DNA of 40,901 nt, from UHGV virus genome UHGV-1629914; one strand, written 5' to 3'. The stretch is from a virus. How positions within the stretch are numbered: the stretch's first letter is position 1; each line of letters starts with the position of its first letter. The position numbers and the translations under genes were made by a program. The notes under the pieces are model-generated. The model ran no database searches. It saw only the letters and a program-made list of their open reading frames with translations, and was not told the DNA's origin. Shown piece by piece: positions 26,528 through 35,265 of the stretch.

Positions 26528-28518
26528 TCATCTGCAGCATCACCATCGAAGCCCATGAGTACTTTGCGTACATGTGCATTGCCGCCAAGCCATGCATTGA
26601 TTGCATCCCATGAGTCTTCTTTAGCGACCACTTGTTCGAGTACTGGCGCAGACATAATGTCTTCAAACTCTGTAGAAGTCAATGATGCAAGACCTTTCTT
26701 ATGATTGACTTCCCAGTCTTTGCTGCCATTGAATTTGTCTGCGACTTTATTGTAATCATCATAGAAGTAGAACTTTCGTTCTTCACCAGTTTTGCGATTG
26801 TTACAGATGATGATTGGCGTGACTACATTGTACACAAGGCCCATATCAAACAACTCTGGCCAGAACTTGTAGAAGAACAACTGCAGCAATGATGAAATGC
26901 TATAGCCATCGACATCTGCATCAGTCAAAATGCAAATCTTGCCATAGCGTAATTTGCGTGGGTCTGCTTTTTCATTGAATCGCAAACCAAGTGACTGCAT
27001 CAAACCTGCAATTTCAGGCTTTTCTATGAGTTTCTTTGGATTGTCATAGTAGCAATTGCCAATTGACTTACCACGAATACAGTAGAAGCCTTGGGTCAAT
27101 GCATTTCGATTGACTCGAATGCCTTGTGATGCAGAATCGCCTTCTACAATGAATAGCATGCATTCATTACGATTTGTCTTTTGTGCAGCATCTACAAGCT
27201 TATTGACATGAAACTGCTTTGTCTTGACTTCAAGTTTCTTATTGAGCTCCTTGGCTTCTTTGGCTTTCTCTTTCTCTTCTTCAATCTGTTTCTTGATTTT
27301 GCAGTCCATCAAGATGCGGTCAAGAATTTCAGTTTTTGTCAAGTACTTCTTGAGCTTATCTGAAATGAGAATTGGAAAGCCAAACTTTTGTGTTTTTGTA
27401 GCCAATTTGTCTTTGACCTGCGCATCGAATTCAGGATTGGGGATTTTCCACATCGACAAAATTGACATGTGCTTAAATACGTCTTTCTTTGCAGGTTCAA
27501 ACCCATATTTGTTTTTGATGTGACTAATCAAAAAGTCTGCGCATACATTCGCAATGAAGTCCATGTGCGTGCCATAGTCACATCGAATTGAGTTGACTAT
27601 GGCAAAACTTTCAAAGAAGCCTGCTCTACTTGGGCCAATCTCGAAACTGTAGTTCTCGTTTTCATCACCACGAAATTCTTTTGTGTGTTCCCACAAGTCT
27701 TTGTACTCCCAGAAGTGCTTGAACTTGAATTCATAGTTTTCGCCAGTAGCTTCATTGTGCCATTCAACTACAAGTGGATTGTTTACATCGCAGCCCATAA
27801 CTGCGACTTCGATTGCTCGTGACAGCCACTTATCTACTGTGTCATCTGGGATATGGTCAAGTGGCGCTGCATTAATCCACTCCCATCTGCCAAGGTCAAG
27901 ATGCGCCTCGATGTATGTAAAATGTTCAGACTTACGACATTTGCTGACTTTTGCATCATCATGTCGACCCATATTGTCATACCAGCAAATTTCAAGTTTT
28001 TTGCCATCTTTTGCTGTGATGACTTTGAATGACTTAGACATCACATTGACAAGTGATGCACCAAGCCCATTAGTACCAGACAATGCACCACGGTCAGCAA
28101 CAAAATTTGAACCAGACCTCAATGAGCCAAATACCATCTGCGGTATGTACTCATTGTATTCTGGATGCATCACTACAGGAATACCGCCGTTGTCCCATAC
28201 AGCAAGCTTGCCTGTTTTTGGATTGACTGTGACTGATATGCGATTGACTACTTCTTGTGCATGACTTTGAATGTTACGTTGACGCTCATCAAAACTATTA
28301 TTGATGCACTCATTAAACATTGTATTCAAGCCAATTGACTGATATGTGTCATAGACACGTCGAATCGGTCTTTCAGCATCTTCATATGGACGATACAACT
28401 CACATTCTTGTTCCGCAAGAAATTCGAGTGACCCAATGTACATACCAGGCTTCAGTAGACAATGCTCGCGCGATGAAAGTTTTTTGAATTTTTCTGTCAG
28501 ATTGTTTATGTCAGACAT
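26524..28518 (-). CDS. type II DNA topoisomerase, ATPase/Toprim subunit (GyrB/ParE-like)
   Basis: N-terminal EHCLLKPGMYIGS (GyrB signature) and Toprim motif FIVEGDSA. Start taken at the internal ATG (MSDINNL); the ORF-track start at 28632 appears to be a non-ATG codon upstream of the class A motif. Confidence 0.85.
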   Translation of the reverse strand: MSDINNLTEKFKKLSSREHCLLKPGMYIGSLEFLAEQECELYRPYEDAERPIRRVYDTYQSIGLNTMFNECINNSFDERQRNIQSHAQEVVNRISVTVNPKTGKLAVWDNGGIPVVMHPEYNEYIPQMVFGSLRSGSNFVADRGALSGTNGLGASLVNVMSKSFKVITAKDGKKLEICWYDNMGRHDDAKVSKCRKSEHFTYIEAHLDLGRWEWINAAPLDHIPDDTVDKWLSRAIEVAVMGCDVNNPLVVEWHNEATGENYEFKFKHFWEYKDLWEHTKEFRGDENENYSFEIGPSRAGFFESFAIVNSIRCDYGTHMDFIANVCADFLISHIKNKYGFEPAKKDVFKHMSILSMWKIPNPEFDAQVKDKLATKTQKFGFPILISDKLKKYLTKTEILDRILMDCKIKKQIEEEKEKAKEAKELNKKLEVKTKQFHVNKLVDAAQKTNRNECMLFIVEGDSASQGIRVNRNALTQGFYCIRGKSIGNCYYDNPKKLIEKPEIAGLMQSLGLRFNEKADPRKLRYGKICILTDADVDGYSISSLLQLFFYKFWPELFDMGLVYNVVTPIIICNNRKTGEERKFYFYDDYNKVADKFNGSKDWEVNHKKGLASLTSTEFEDIMSAPVLEQVVAKEDSWDAINAWLGGNAHVRKVLMGFDGDAADD

Positions 28519-28547
28519 GTCTGTAAATTGAGATGTTTGTATATGTA

Positions 28548-28576
28548 TATTGTACAACAAGAATGCAAAACTTGCA
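28548..28576 (-). promoter_or_regulatory. class A promoter-like motif
   Basis: Coding strand reads GTGCAAGTTTTGCATTCTTGTTGTACAAT, about 30 nt upstream of the topoisomerase ATG. Confidence 0.5.
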
Positions 28577-28594
28577 CTGAAAATATACACATTT

Positions 28595-29632
28595 TCACAT
28601 AGTTGCAAGCATAATGCCAAGCAGCACTGCAAGACATATCAAACCTATGCCAAGAACAATAAAGTCCAGTATAGAATACGTGTCATTAGACTGTTTAATA
28701 AGTAGTGATCGCAATTGATTCTTTGCAATGAATGCATTGATGTGCTCTGGCTTGCATACAGCACGATAGTAGAGTTCAAATACTCGTTTAGCAGATGGCA
28801 ATTTGCATGCAGTCAAATCTTTATCTTGCATTACAACACCAGTAATGTACTTAATGTCATGCAGCTCAATGTCTGAACAACGACGCTTTGCTGCAAACTC
28901 AAATGCTTGTTTGACAATTTTTGAGCACTCTGCTGTAGTACATTGCTGAAATGCTGCGCAAAACTCTGCATAAGTACTACAGTCATTTTGCAGATGCAAC
29001 GCAACAGACGATTTCAGCATTGCTTCTGTTAAGTATTTTGGCAACTTGCACAAAATTTTGACATATCTGCACTTGTCATCTGTCACATGCACGTAGCCAG
29101 ATACTGCAAGCATTCTAACATATCGAACAAGTTCTCTATGCTGTAGCACTGTGCGCAATATGACGTTGTTTTGCAGCAAAATCTCATTGTCAACTGTGCA
29201 GTTAAGTGGCAATGTGTTGTATGCTACTTTAAGATACGATAACTTCGTTAATTGTTGTAAGCCATCATAGCCAACAAAATCTGCTGGCACAATCAGTGGC
29301 AGACTGGCAACGACTTGTCGATTATTTCTGTCAACAATTGTGATTGCTGGGTTTTGCAAGTCAAGCACAGATTTTGAACAAAACACTTGCATTGTGTCTT
29401 GAACTATGACAAATCCAAAGTTCTTGTGCAATTGCATATTGCATGTACGAGCTTCTGCTGCGCTAATTGTTGCAATGGGCAACTGTTTGTCGCTACACAC
29501 ATGCATCGGAGTTGACCATATTGGGTCAGCTCTCAATACAAGCACATGTTTGTTGCAGTCATATATTGCAGCAAAATCTGCAAGATTGCTGATGCTTCTT
29601 AAAGTAGTGTTACAAATCCCATTCATATGCAT
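28595..29632 (-). CDS. hypothetical protein with C-terminal transmembrane anchor (start uncertain)
   Basis: ORF 28595..29848 overlaps ORF 29610..30443 in another frame, so an internal ATG near 29632 is the more likely start; C-terminus ILDFIVLGIGLICLAVLLGIMLATM is hydrophobic. Confidence 0.4.
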   Translation of the reverse strand: MHMNGICNTTLRSISNLADFAAIYDCNKHVLVLRADPIWSTPMHVCSDKQLPIATISAAEARTCNMQLHKNFGFVIVQDTMQVFCSKSVLDLQNPAITIVDRNNRQVVASLPLIVPADFVGYDGLQQLTKLSYLKVAYNTLPLNCTVDNEILLQNNVILRTVLQHRELVRYVRMLAVSGYVHVTDDKCRYVKILCKLPKYLTEAMLKSSVALHLQNDCSTYAEFCAAFQQCTTAECSKIVKQAFEFAAKRRCSDIELHDIKYITGVVMQDKDLTACKLPSAKRVFELYYRAVCKPEHINAFIAKNQLRSLLIKQSNDTYSILDFIVLGIGLICLAVLLGIMLATM

Positions 29633-30443
29633 TGTCTTGTACAGGTCCGCTAATTTGAACATCGAGGCCAAAGCGCTCAAGATAGCCATCGCAGAAATCA
29701 AGCCCATATTTGTTGCACTGTCTGAATGCATACTGGAACTTATCCAAGATTGCCCATAGATAAGGCTTTGAGCCTTCTGTGGGATATCCGCCCTTTCTGT
29801 AATGCCACCAGCGCATGATATCATGAAACTCCCAATCTTCTGCTTCACATTCTACTGTAAAGCAGTCATGATATTTTGCCATCTGAGGCCAGAGTTCAGT
29901 ATTGATGCGTTGACGAGTTGCTGCGCAGTCATCAAGCAACTCAAGAAACTCTTCAGGCGCATCAATCATGGGCAGATTTGCTTCATTGACATCGATTTCT
30001 GCATCATTCGACAGCAGCTTTGTGATACGACCATTGTGCTCCGCGATGTCCTCGTAGACTTTTTTGCGTGTTGCATCCATAGTCGCAGTCCACTTCGTGC
30101 CCTCTTCAATTTTCGGAAGTTGCTTGTCTTTGTTTTCATTCCATTCAGGTGACTGGTCGAATATTGCCTTGCGACGAATATCGACAAGCTCCAAAAAGAA
30201 GGGCTTCGTCAACATAACAGTGTCACCCAGAATTTCTTTTGCTTGTTCAAAGCCCTCAATTTTGATTGAGTCTGCTGCAGCACAAATCTGCTCCTGAATT
30301 TTGTCTGCAGCTTCAAGAATGATGCGAGCTTTTGTTTTGATGTCGTAAGATGCAGAATGTAAGCCAAGCTGCTCTGCAATTTCTACGGAATTTTGAAGAC
30401 GAGCCTGCATGGCTTCTTCATTGTTCTTCTTTCCTCGTGCCAT
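29610..30443 (-). CDS. hypothetical protein (277 aa)
   Basis: ORF-track frame in operon orientation. Confidence 0.55.
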   Translation of the reverse strand: MARGKKNNEEAMQARLQNSVEIAEQLGLHSASYDIKTKARIILEAADKIQEQICAAADSIKIEGFEQAKEILGDTVMLTKPFFLELVDIRRKAIFDQSPEWNENKDKQLPKIEEGTKWTATMDATRKKVYEDIAEHNGRITKLLSNDAEIDVNEANLPMIDAPEEFLELLDDCAATRQRINTELWPQMAKYHDCFTVECEAEDWEFHDIMRWWHYRKGGYPTEGSKPYLWAILDKFQYAFRQCNKYGLDFCDGYLERFGLDVQISGPVQDNAYEWDL

Positions 30444-30458
30444 AATGTTATTGTTTTG

Positions 30459-30707
30459 CTATATGAGACTTGTTATGACTTCAAGCACATGTTCTTTTGA
30501 ATAGCACTTATCAAACTTATGCTTGAAGTCAATTAGCGACTCAAGCTTTGTTAAGTACCATTGATTGTCGTACTTGAACCAGACTCGAGCATTTGCCGAA
30601 CATATTGCATGCATTGCAGCATTCTGGTTTTCTTCAGGATTACGCCACTTAGACCCAAAGTGATATTGCAATGTAATGCCGCATTTATGAATTTCGTGCA
30701 ATTTCAT
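30459..30707 (-). CDS. hypothetical protein (82 aa)
   Basis: ORF-track frame. Confidence 0.45.
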   Translation of the reverse strand: MKLHEIHKCGITLQYHFGSKWRNPEENQNAAMHAICSANARVWFKYDNQWYLTKLESLIDFKHKFDKCYSKEHVLEVITSLI

Positions 30708-30716
30708 GTGTACTTG

Positions 30717-30917
30717 CTAAAATGTTAACTGTAATGACTTGATATTGACGCATTCAATTTTTAACATGACAAGCTTATCATGTGCAGCCATTGCGTCATA
30801 TTTGATGTTTGCAATTTCGAGCTTTTGTGCAATTTTGTATGCAGTGGCGCCATCAGTAGATATGCAGATGCAATTGCCAATGACAATATTTGCTGCATCT
30901 GTTATATTACTTTGCAT
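30717..30917 (-). CDS. small hypothetical protein (66 aa)
   Basis: ORF-track frame; weak. Confidence 0.3.
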   Translation of the reverse strand: MQSNITDAANIVIGNCICISTDGATAYKIAQKLEIANIKYDAMAAHDKLVMLKIECVNIKSLQLTF

Positions 30918-31142
30918 GCATTATCATTGTTATCAATGACTTCTATGCATTTGATTGAGTTAAAGTCCATATTGCAGAGATTTTACTATATTGTGTTCGA
31001 ATATATGAGAACATATATTATTTATAGATATATAATACTACACACTTGCAGATTTTGCACTTAGTTGATAAATAATTTGTAAACATTTTCACAAACTTTT
31101 AACAGCTCTTTCGCTTATGAAAACTACTCAACTCTGGTTTGA

Positions 31143-31868
31143 ATGCCAGCAGTCAATCGCGGGGGGGCTCTTCGTGCTCCTATCACTACTATTGATGTCA
31201 GACTGTATGACTACGATATGCCGACAAAGGCATACACAACTGGGACTCATAGCATCGTAGTATACTATGATGGCGGAATTGTTGCAAATGGCAACACACA
31301 AAATGGGCGTTGGTACTCATCTCAACTTCAGCTTCAGCAATCAAAGGGCGCAGTTATCACTATAGCATTGCAAGATGCAAGCATTAGCAGCGTTGGTTGT
31401 GCTACTGTGTCATTTTACGCAGATGACGCAAAGATACAAAATGGCACTATACACGTCAAACTATATTGTCGTACACAATATGCGTTTGTATGGCCACAAG
31501 CATACATGACTCAGTATGTGAATGATTTAATGTATGCTGTTTGTGTAGAGCCAAATGACATAAGCTTTAATACATCTGCTTTTGTCAATTTTTGCGGCTG
31601 CGGTCAAGCATTGATGGACAACTTTAATGGAGAACTCTGGGATAATGGCTATTCAATTGAAGACACTGACATTATGCAAGATGACGCAGACGAATGGTGG
31701 CTAATGATTAGTAATAACAGTGCAGAATTCCCATACACTGTCATAGCATCAAACATTCCGAAAGAGTCTATGGCATCTGGACTTGCAGCTTTTCTGCAAA
31801 GTGCTGGTGTTGGCCGTGTTTTCTATGTACAAGCATTGCAACTTGGTGAACTTGTAAGTTCATTTTAG
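31143..31868 (+). CDS. hypothetical protein (241 aa), the only plus-strand gene in the window
   Basis: ATG-initiated ORF opposite to all neighbours, preceded by an AT-rich divergent region and followed by a bidirectional terminator; a G7 tract lies in its first codons. Confidence 0.5.
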   Translation: MPAVNRGGALRAPITTIDVRLYDYDMPTKAYTTGTHSIVVYYDGGIVANGNTQNGRWYSSQLQLQQSKGAVITIALQDASISSVGCATVSFYADDAKIQNGTIHVKLYCRTQYAFVWPQAYMTQYVNDLMYAVCVEPNDISFNTSAFVNFCGCGQALMDNFNGELWDNGYSIEDTDIMQDDADEWWLMISNNSAEFPYTVIASNIPKESMASGLAAFLQSAGVGRVFYVQALQLGELVSSF

Positions 31869-31881
31869 ACTGCAGCATGAC

Positions 31882-31926
31882 ACAAAAAGAAAAGCCGAAC
31901 TGAATTTCAGTTCGGCTTTCTTTTTG
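31882..31926. terminator. bidirectional intrinsic terminator between convergent genes
   Basis: 13-bp perfect stem AAAGCCGAACTGA / TCAGTTCGGCTTT with a 3-nt loop, flanked by an A-run upstream and a T-run downstream on the plus strand. Confidence 0.65.
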
Positions 31927-31943
31927 CATACGCTTATGCTATG

Positions 31944-34900
31944 TTAGAACAGAGCAATGATGTTGTCGACAAACATAAAGCATGCATGTAGCAATTCAGC
32001 TGTCGGCGCCATCTCATATGCTTTGCCATCATACATAAATCGCACAGTGACAATTGGTGATACTTCGTCTTTGAATGCAAGTACTGGAACGTCTACACCT
32101 GCAGTCAATTGCACTTCAACGTCCTTGTCAGCTGCTACATCTTTAGCAATCACTGTGATATCTTGACAACGACCTGCAGCCACTGCATATCGAACATTTG
32201 TCAATGCTGCAGACATATCAACAAGAGCTTGCATGATTTGCTGTTGAGTAAATTGCTCGACTGACTTCTTTGCAGCCTTGACTGCTTCGATATCTTGCGT
32301 ATTTGCAAGAATCAATGCTACCACTGCAGGGTCAGAAGTAGTCCACCAACGGCCATCAATTGCAAGCCACAGTCGATTGCCATTGACGTCAATTGCATAT
32401 GCATATTGAGTGTTTGGTGCCAATGTGACTTTTCGAGTGTTCTTTAAGAACTCTGCTGCATCAGGAGCTGCAACAATGTTCTTGACAAATGACGGCAGCA
32501 TTTCAGCTTCAAATGTTTGTGTAGCTTCAAAGACACCGCCACGTGCATCGTCATCAATTCTGCCTGCAAAGCGTTTGCAGATTTGAATGATTGTAGACAT
32601 GCCTACTGTTGGAACGACTTGACGTTTCATTGCAGGCATTTGCAGAGGCATTATATCTTGCGCAATGTACAATGATGTCGCATCAACAGTGTCAAGTACT
32701 CGTGCAATGTCAGCAATGTCAACAATTACAAACCAGTCGCCATCATGGCAGACAATGAGTTGCTTGCTGTCATTTGCATATGTCAGCAATACTGCAATGT
32801 CATTTTTGATTGAGATTGCAGGAATCCATGCTTGTTGCAGAGGCAAGTCAAGATTTGGTGTGCCGCATGGATAAAGCGCAGATGGCTGCATAATTGAGCG
32901 GCAATCAAAACCTATTGAACTTACAAGCTGCAGAACTTCGCCACGAATGCAAGCATTACTTTGATTCTGTGTCATGTCATATGCAAGCCAACTGCAAATT
33001 GCTTTGATTGATGACACTGGAAATGCTACGCCAATTGTGCTGTACGCAATCTTGCCGTCTGCTGACAATGACTCATCAACTGCAATGCCAGCATCATTGA
33101 ACAATGACATATCAATTGAACAATGGAATTCGCCACCAGGCATTGGACCTGCAGCAATGCCATAGCCAGAACCAAGTGACAGCCATTCTTTCATTGCATC
33201 TGAATTGTATGACGAGAACTTGTACAACACATATGACTTATGCGGGTCACTAACTGACTTACGAATCTCCATCTTGGCGCCTGCTTTCTTTGCAATTGCT
33301 TTAATGTTATCGGCGTGCTTCTTTGCCTCAGACTTGTCAAATTTGCCTTCATCAAGTTGAGCAATCTTGCCAAGCGCATAAGCAGTCCATGCAATTGACA
33401 ATTGATTCAGTGCACCAACTTCTGACCACGACTTTTCTGCAAACCATGAACCAAGACCAGATTTGTCAAGAGTTTCTTTGCGTTCAGCTTTTGTTGTGCT
33501 GTCCCACCACTTGCCAGTCGCAGGCAATACAATGTCTTTGATTTGCTCCTTACGAAGCTCATTGACGCCGATTTTGCCTTCATGAACATGCGCATTTGCA
33601 TGATATGCTCTAAGAGCAGCCAACGCGGCATCATATGAGTCATAGTCTTGCGGCCAGAATTCCCCATTCTTGCCAATGATGCCCCATACGCCCTTTGACT
33701 TTTCTTGGATGACAGAGTCTTTGTCACCGGCAGCTTCATTGACAAATGCCGTGTTAAGATATGCAATGACATGCTGAAGCTCTTTGTCGTCTGTAGACTC
33801 ATTGACGTTCTTAGCGTAATCACCAAGAATTGATTCAACTTTGCCACGCAAATTGCTTGGCATATCATCAAGGTCAAGATTGCCATACTTCGTAACTTCT
33901 GGTTGAGACAATCCAAGCAATTTCAACACCTTATCACGGTACTTGTTTGCAAGCTTCTTCCAAATCCAGCGGAATGTTACAGCGCCAATCAAGAATTTGA
34001 TGAGGCCCTCATCAAGTACATGTTGTTCACGCAAATATGCTGTAATGCATGAACGTTGACCATCAGTCAAGTCAACCCACATTTTATCAAGCAATATTGA
34101 ATCTGGGTTGCTTGCAATGCCTGCGCCGCTGCGGTTGTACACATTCATTCTGTCAATTGCTGGTGTTGCGTCATTGTCCCACCAAGCTTGTGCATATAAA
34201 CATCCAGCAGGATTTGAGATTGCCTCATCAATGTACATGACATTGAAAATTTCGCAAAGACGCTTGCGACATTCAGGTGACATAACTTGCCATTGTGCTG
34301 CAATTTTGTCTTCTGACCACTGCAACAGCATGTCTGCAAATTCTTTACCTGCACATTGCTCAACTGCGCCATGTTTCGAACGCCAATAATTGTCAGGCTC
34401 AATCTGCGCAATTGCATGAACAAATGAAGTCAGATTGTATGACGCAGATTCGCAAATGCAATGCTGTTCAATGTAGCTACGAACAGCAAGTGCAGTGTTT
34501 TCCGGCAAGTTGCTATATGGTGACTCATAGATGTTTGCTTGCTGATTGAGCATATGTGGAGCAACTTCTGCAATGATTTGTTTGCGAACATTCAATGGCC
34601 ATGCATTCCATGAAGATTCTACAGATTCATCAAGATGCATGCCAATTGCATCCATAACTGCATCAGCATCTTTGCCCGACAGTTCGTCAAACAATTTGTC
34701 TACTACTGCATAATCATATCGCAAATTTGGCTGAGCCTTTGCAAGAGCGTCCATCATTGCTTTGCGTTCTTGTTTTGACGCATTATTCCATGTGCCAGCA
34801 TACAATTCTGCTGTCGCGCTTTCACAGACAATATCTGCAGCAGCATATGCTTGCTTCATAATGTCCATGAAGATTGACTTCATTTTTGGATGCATCACAT

Positions 34901-35150
34901 GATACTTTTCATTGTAGATGTCAAGTACGCCATAAACATCTTTCAATGGTCGAATGCTTTCTGATGAGCCGAATGATGGCTTCAAAATTGAATTGCATAC
35001 ACGTTCAACGGTGCCACGCATAAACTTGACATCACTTCGCTTGTCACTGATAGACATAAATGCATCAATGACAGACTTGATAATGTCATCTGCAGCTTCA
35101 TTAACAAAGCCTACTGGTCGACCGCCAAACTTGTTCGTTTGTGTTGTCAT
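31944..35150 (-). CDS. large hypothetical protein (1068 aa)
   Basis: Long uninterrupted ATG-initiated ORF; no polymerase, helicase or nuclease motif recognised by eye. Confidence 0.6.
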   Translation of the reverse strand: MTTQTNKFGGRPVGFVNEAADDIIKSVIDAFMSISDKRSDVKFMRGTVERVCNSILKPSFGSSESIRPLKDVYGVLDIYNEKYHVMHPKMKSIFMDIMKQAYAAADIVCESATAELYAGTWNNASKQERKAMMDALAKAQPNLRYDYAVVDKLFDELSGKDADAVMDAIGMHLDESVESSWNAWPLNVRKQIIAEVAPHMLNQQANIYESPYSNLPENTALAVRSYIEQHCICESASYNLTSFVHAIAQIEPDNYWRSKHGAVEQCAGKEFADMLLQWSEDKIAAQWQVMSPECRKRLCEIFNVMYIDEAISNPAGCLYAQAWWDNDATPAIDRMNVYNRSGAGIASNPDSILLDKMWVDLTDGQRSCITAYLREQHVLDEGLIKFLIGAVTFRWIWKKLANKYRDKVLKLLGLSQPEVTKYGNLDLDDMPSNLRGKVESILGDYAKNVNESTDDKELQHVIAYLNTAFVNEAAGDKDSVIQEKSKGVWGIIGKNGEFWPQDYDSYDAALAALRAYHANAHVHEGKIGVNELRKEQIKDIVLPATGKWWDSTTKAERKETLDKSGLGSWFAEKSWSEVGALNQLSIAWTAYALGKIAQLDEGKFDKSEAKKHADNIKAIAKKAGAKMEIRKSVSDPHKSYVLYKFSSYNSDAMKEWLSLGSGYGIAAGPMPGGEFHCSIDMSLFNDAGIAVDESLSADGKIAYSTIGVAFPVSSIKAICSWLAYDMTQNQSNACIRGEVLQLVSSIGFDCRSIMQPSALYPCGTPNLDLPLQQAWIPAISIKNDIAVLLTYANDSKQLIVCHDGDWFVIVDIADIARVLDTVDATSLYIAQDIMPLQMPAMKRQVVPTVGMSTIIQICKRFAGRIDDDARGGVFEATQTFEAEMLPSFVKNIVAAPDAAEFLKNTRKVTLAPNTQYAYAIDVNGNRLWLAIDGRWWTTSDPAVVALILANTQDIEAVKAAKKSVEQFTQQQIMQALVDMSAALTNVRYAVAAGRCQDITVIAKDVAADKDVEVQLTAGVDVPVLAFKDEVSPIVTVRFMYDGKAYEMAPTAELLHACFMFVDNIIALF

Positions 35151-35207
35151 ATATCAACTATTTTGATTGTCAATCAATTGATTTGTTTGTTATATGTATG
35201 CAACAAT

Positions 35208-35248
35208 GCAAAATGAACCTGCAAATTTCTTCGCAGGTTCATTTTGAG
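35208..35248 (-). terminator. putative terminator/attenuator hairpin
   Basis: 8-bp stem GAACCTGC / GCAGGTTC with a 10-nt loop and flanking A/T runs, just downstream of the reductase stop. Confidence 0.35.
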
Positions 35249-35265
35249 TATGTCATGCAATATTA

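Noticed and set aside
31944-35150. DNA polymerase assignment for the 1068-aa protein
   Set aside because: No family A or B polymerase catalytic motifs could be found by eye; left as hypothetical.
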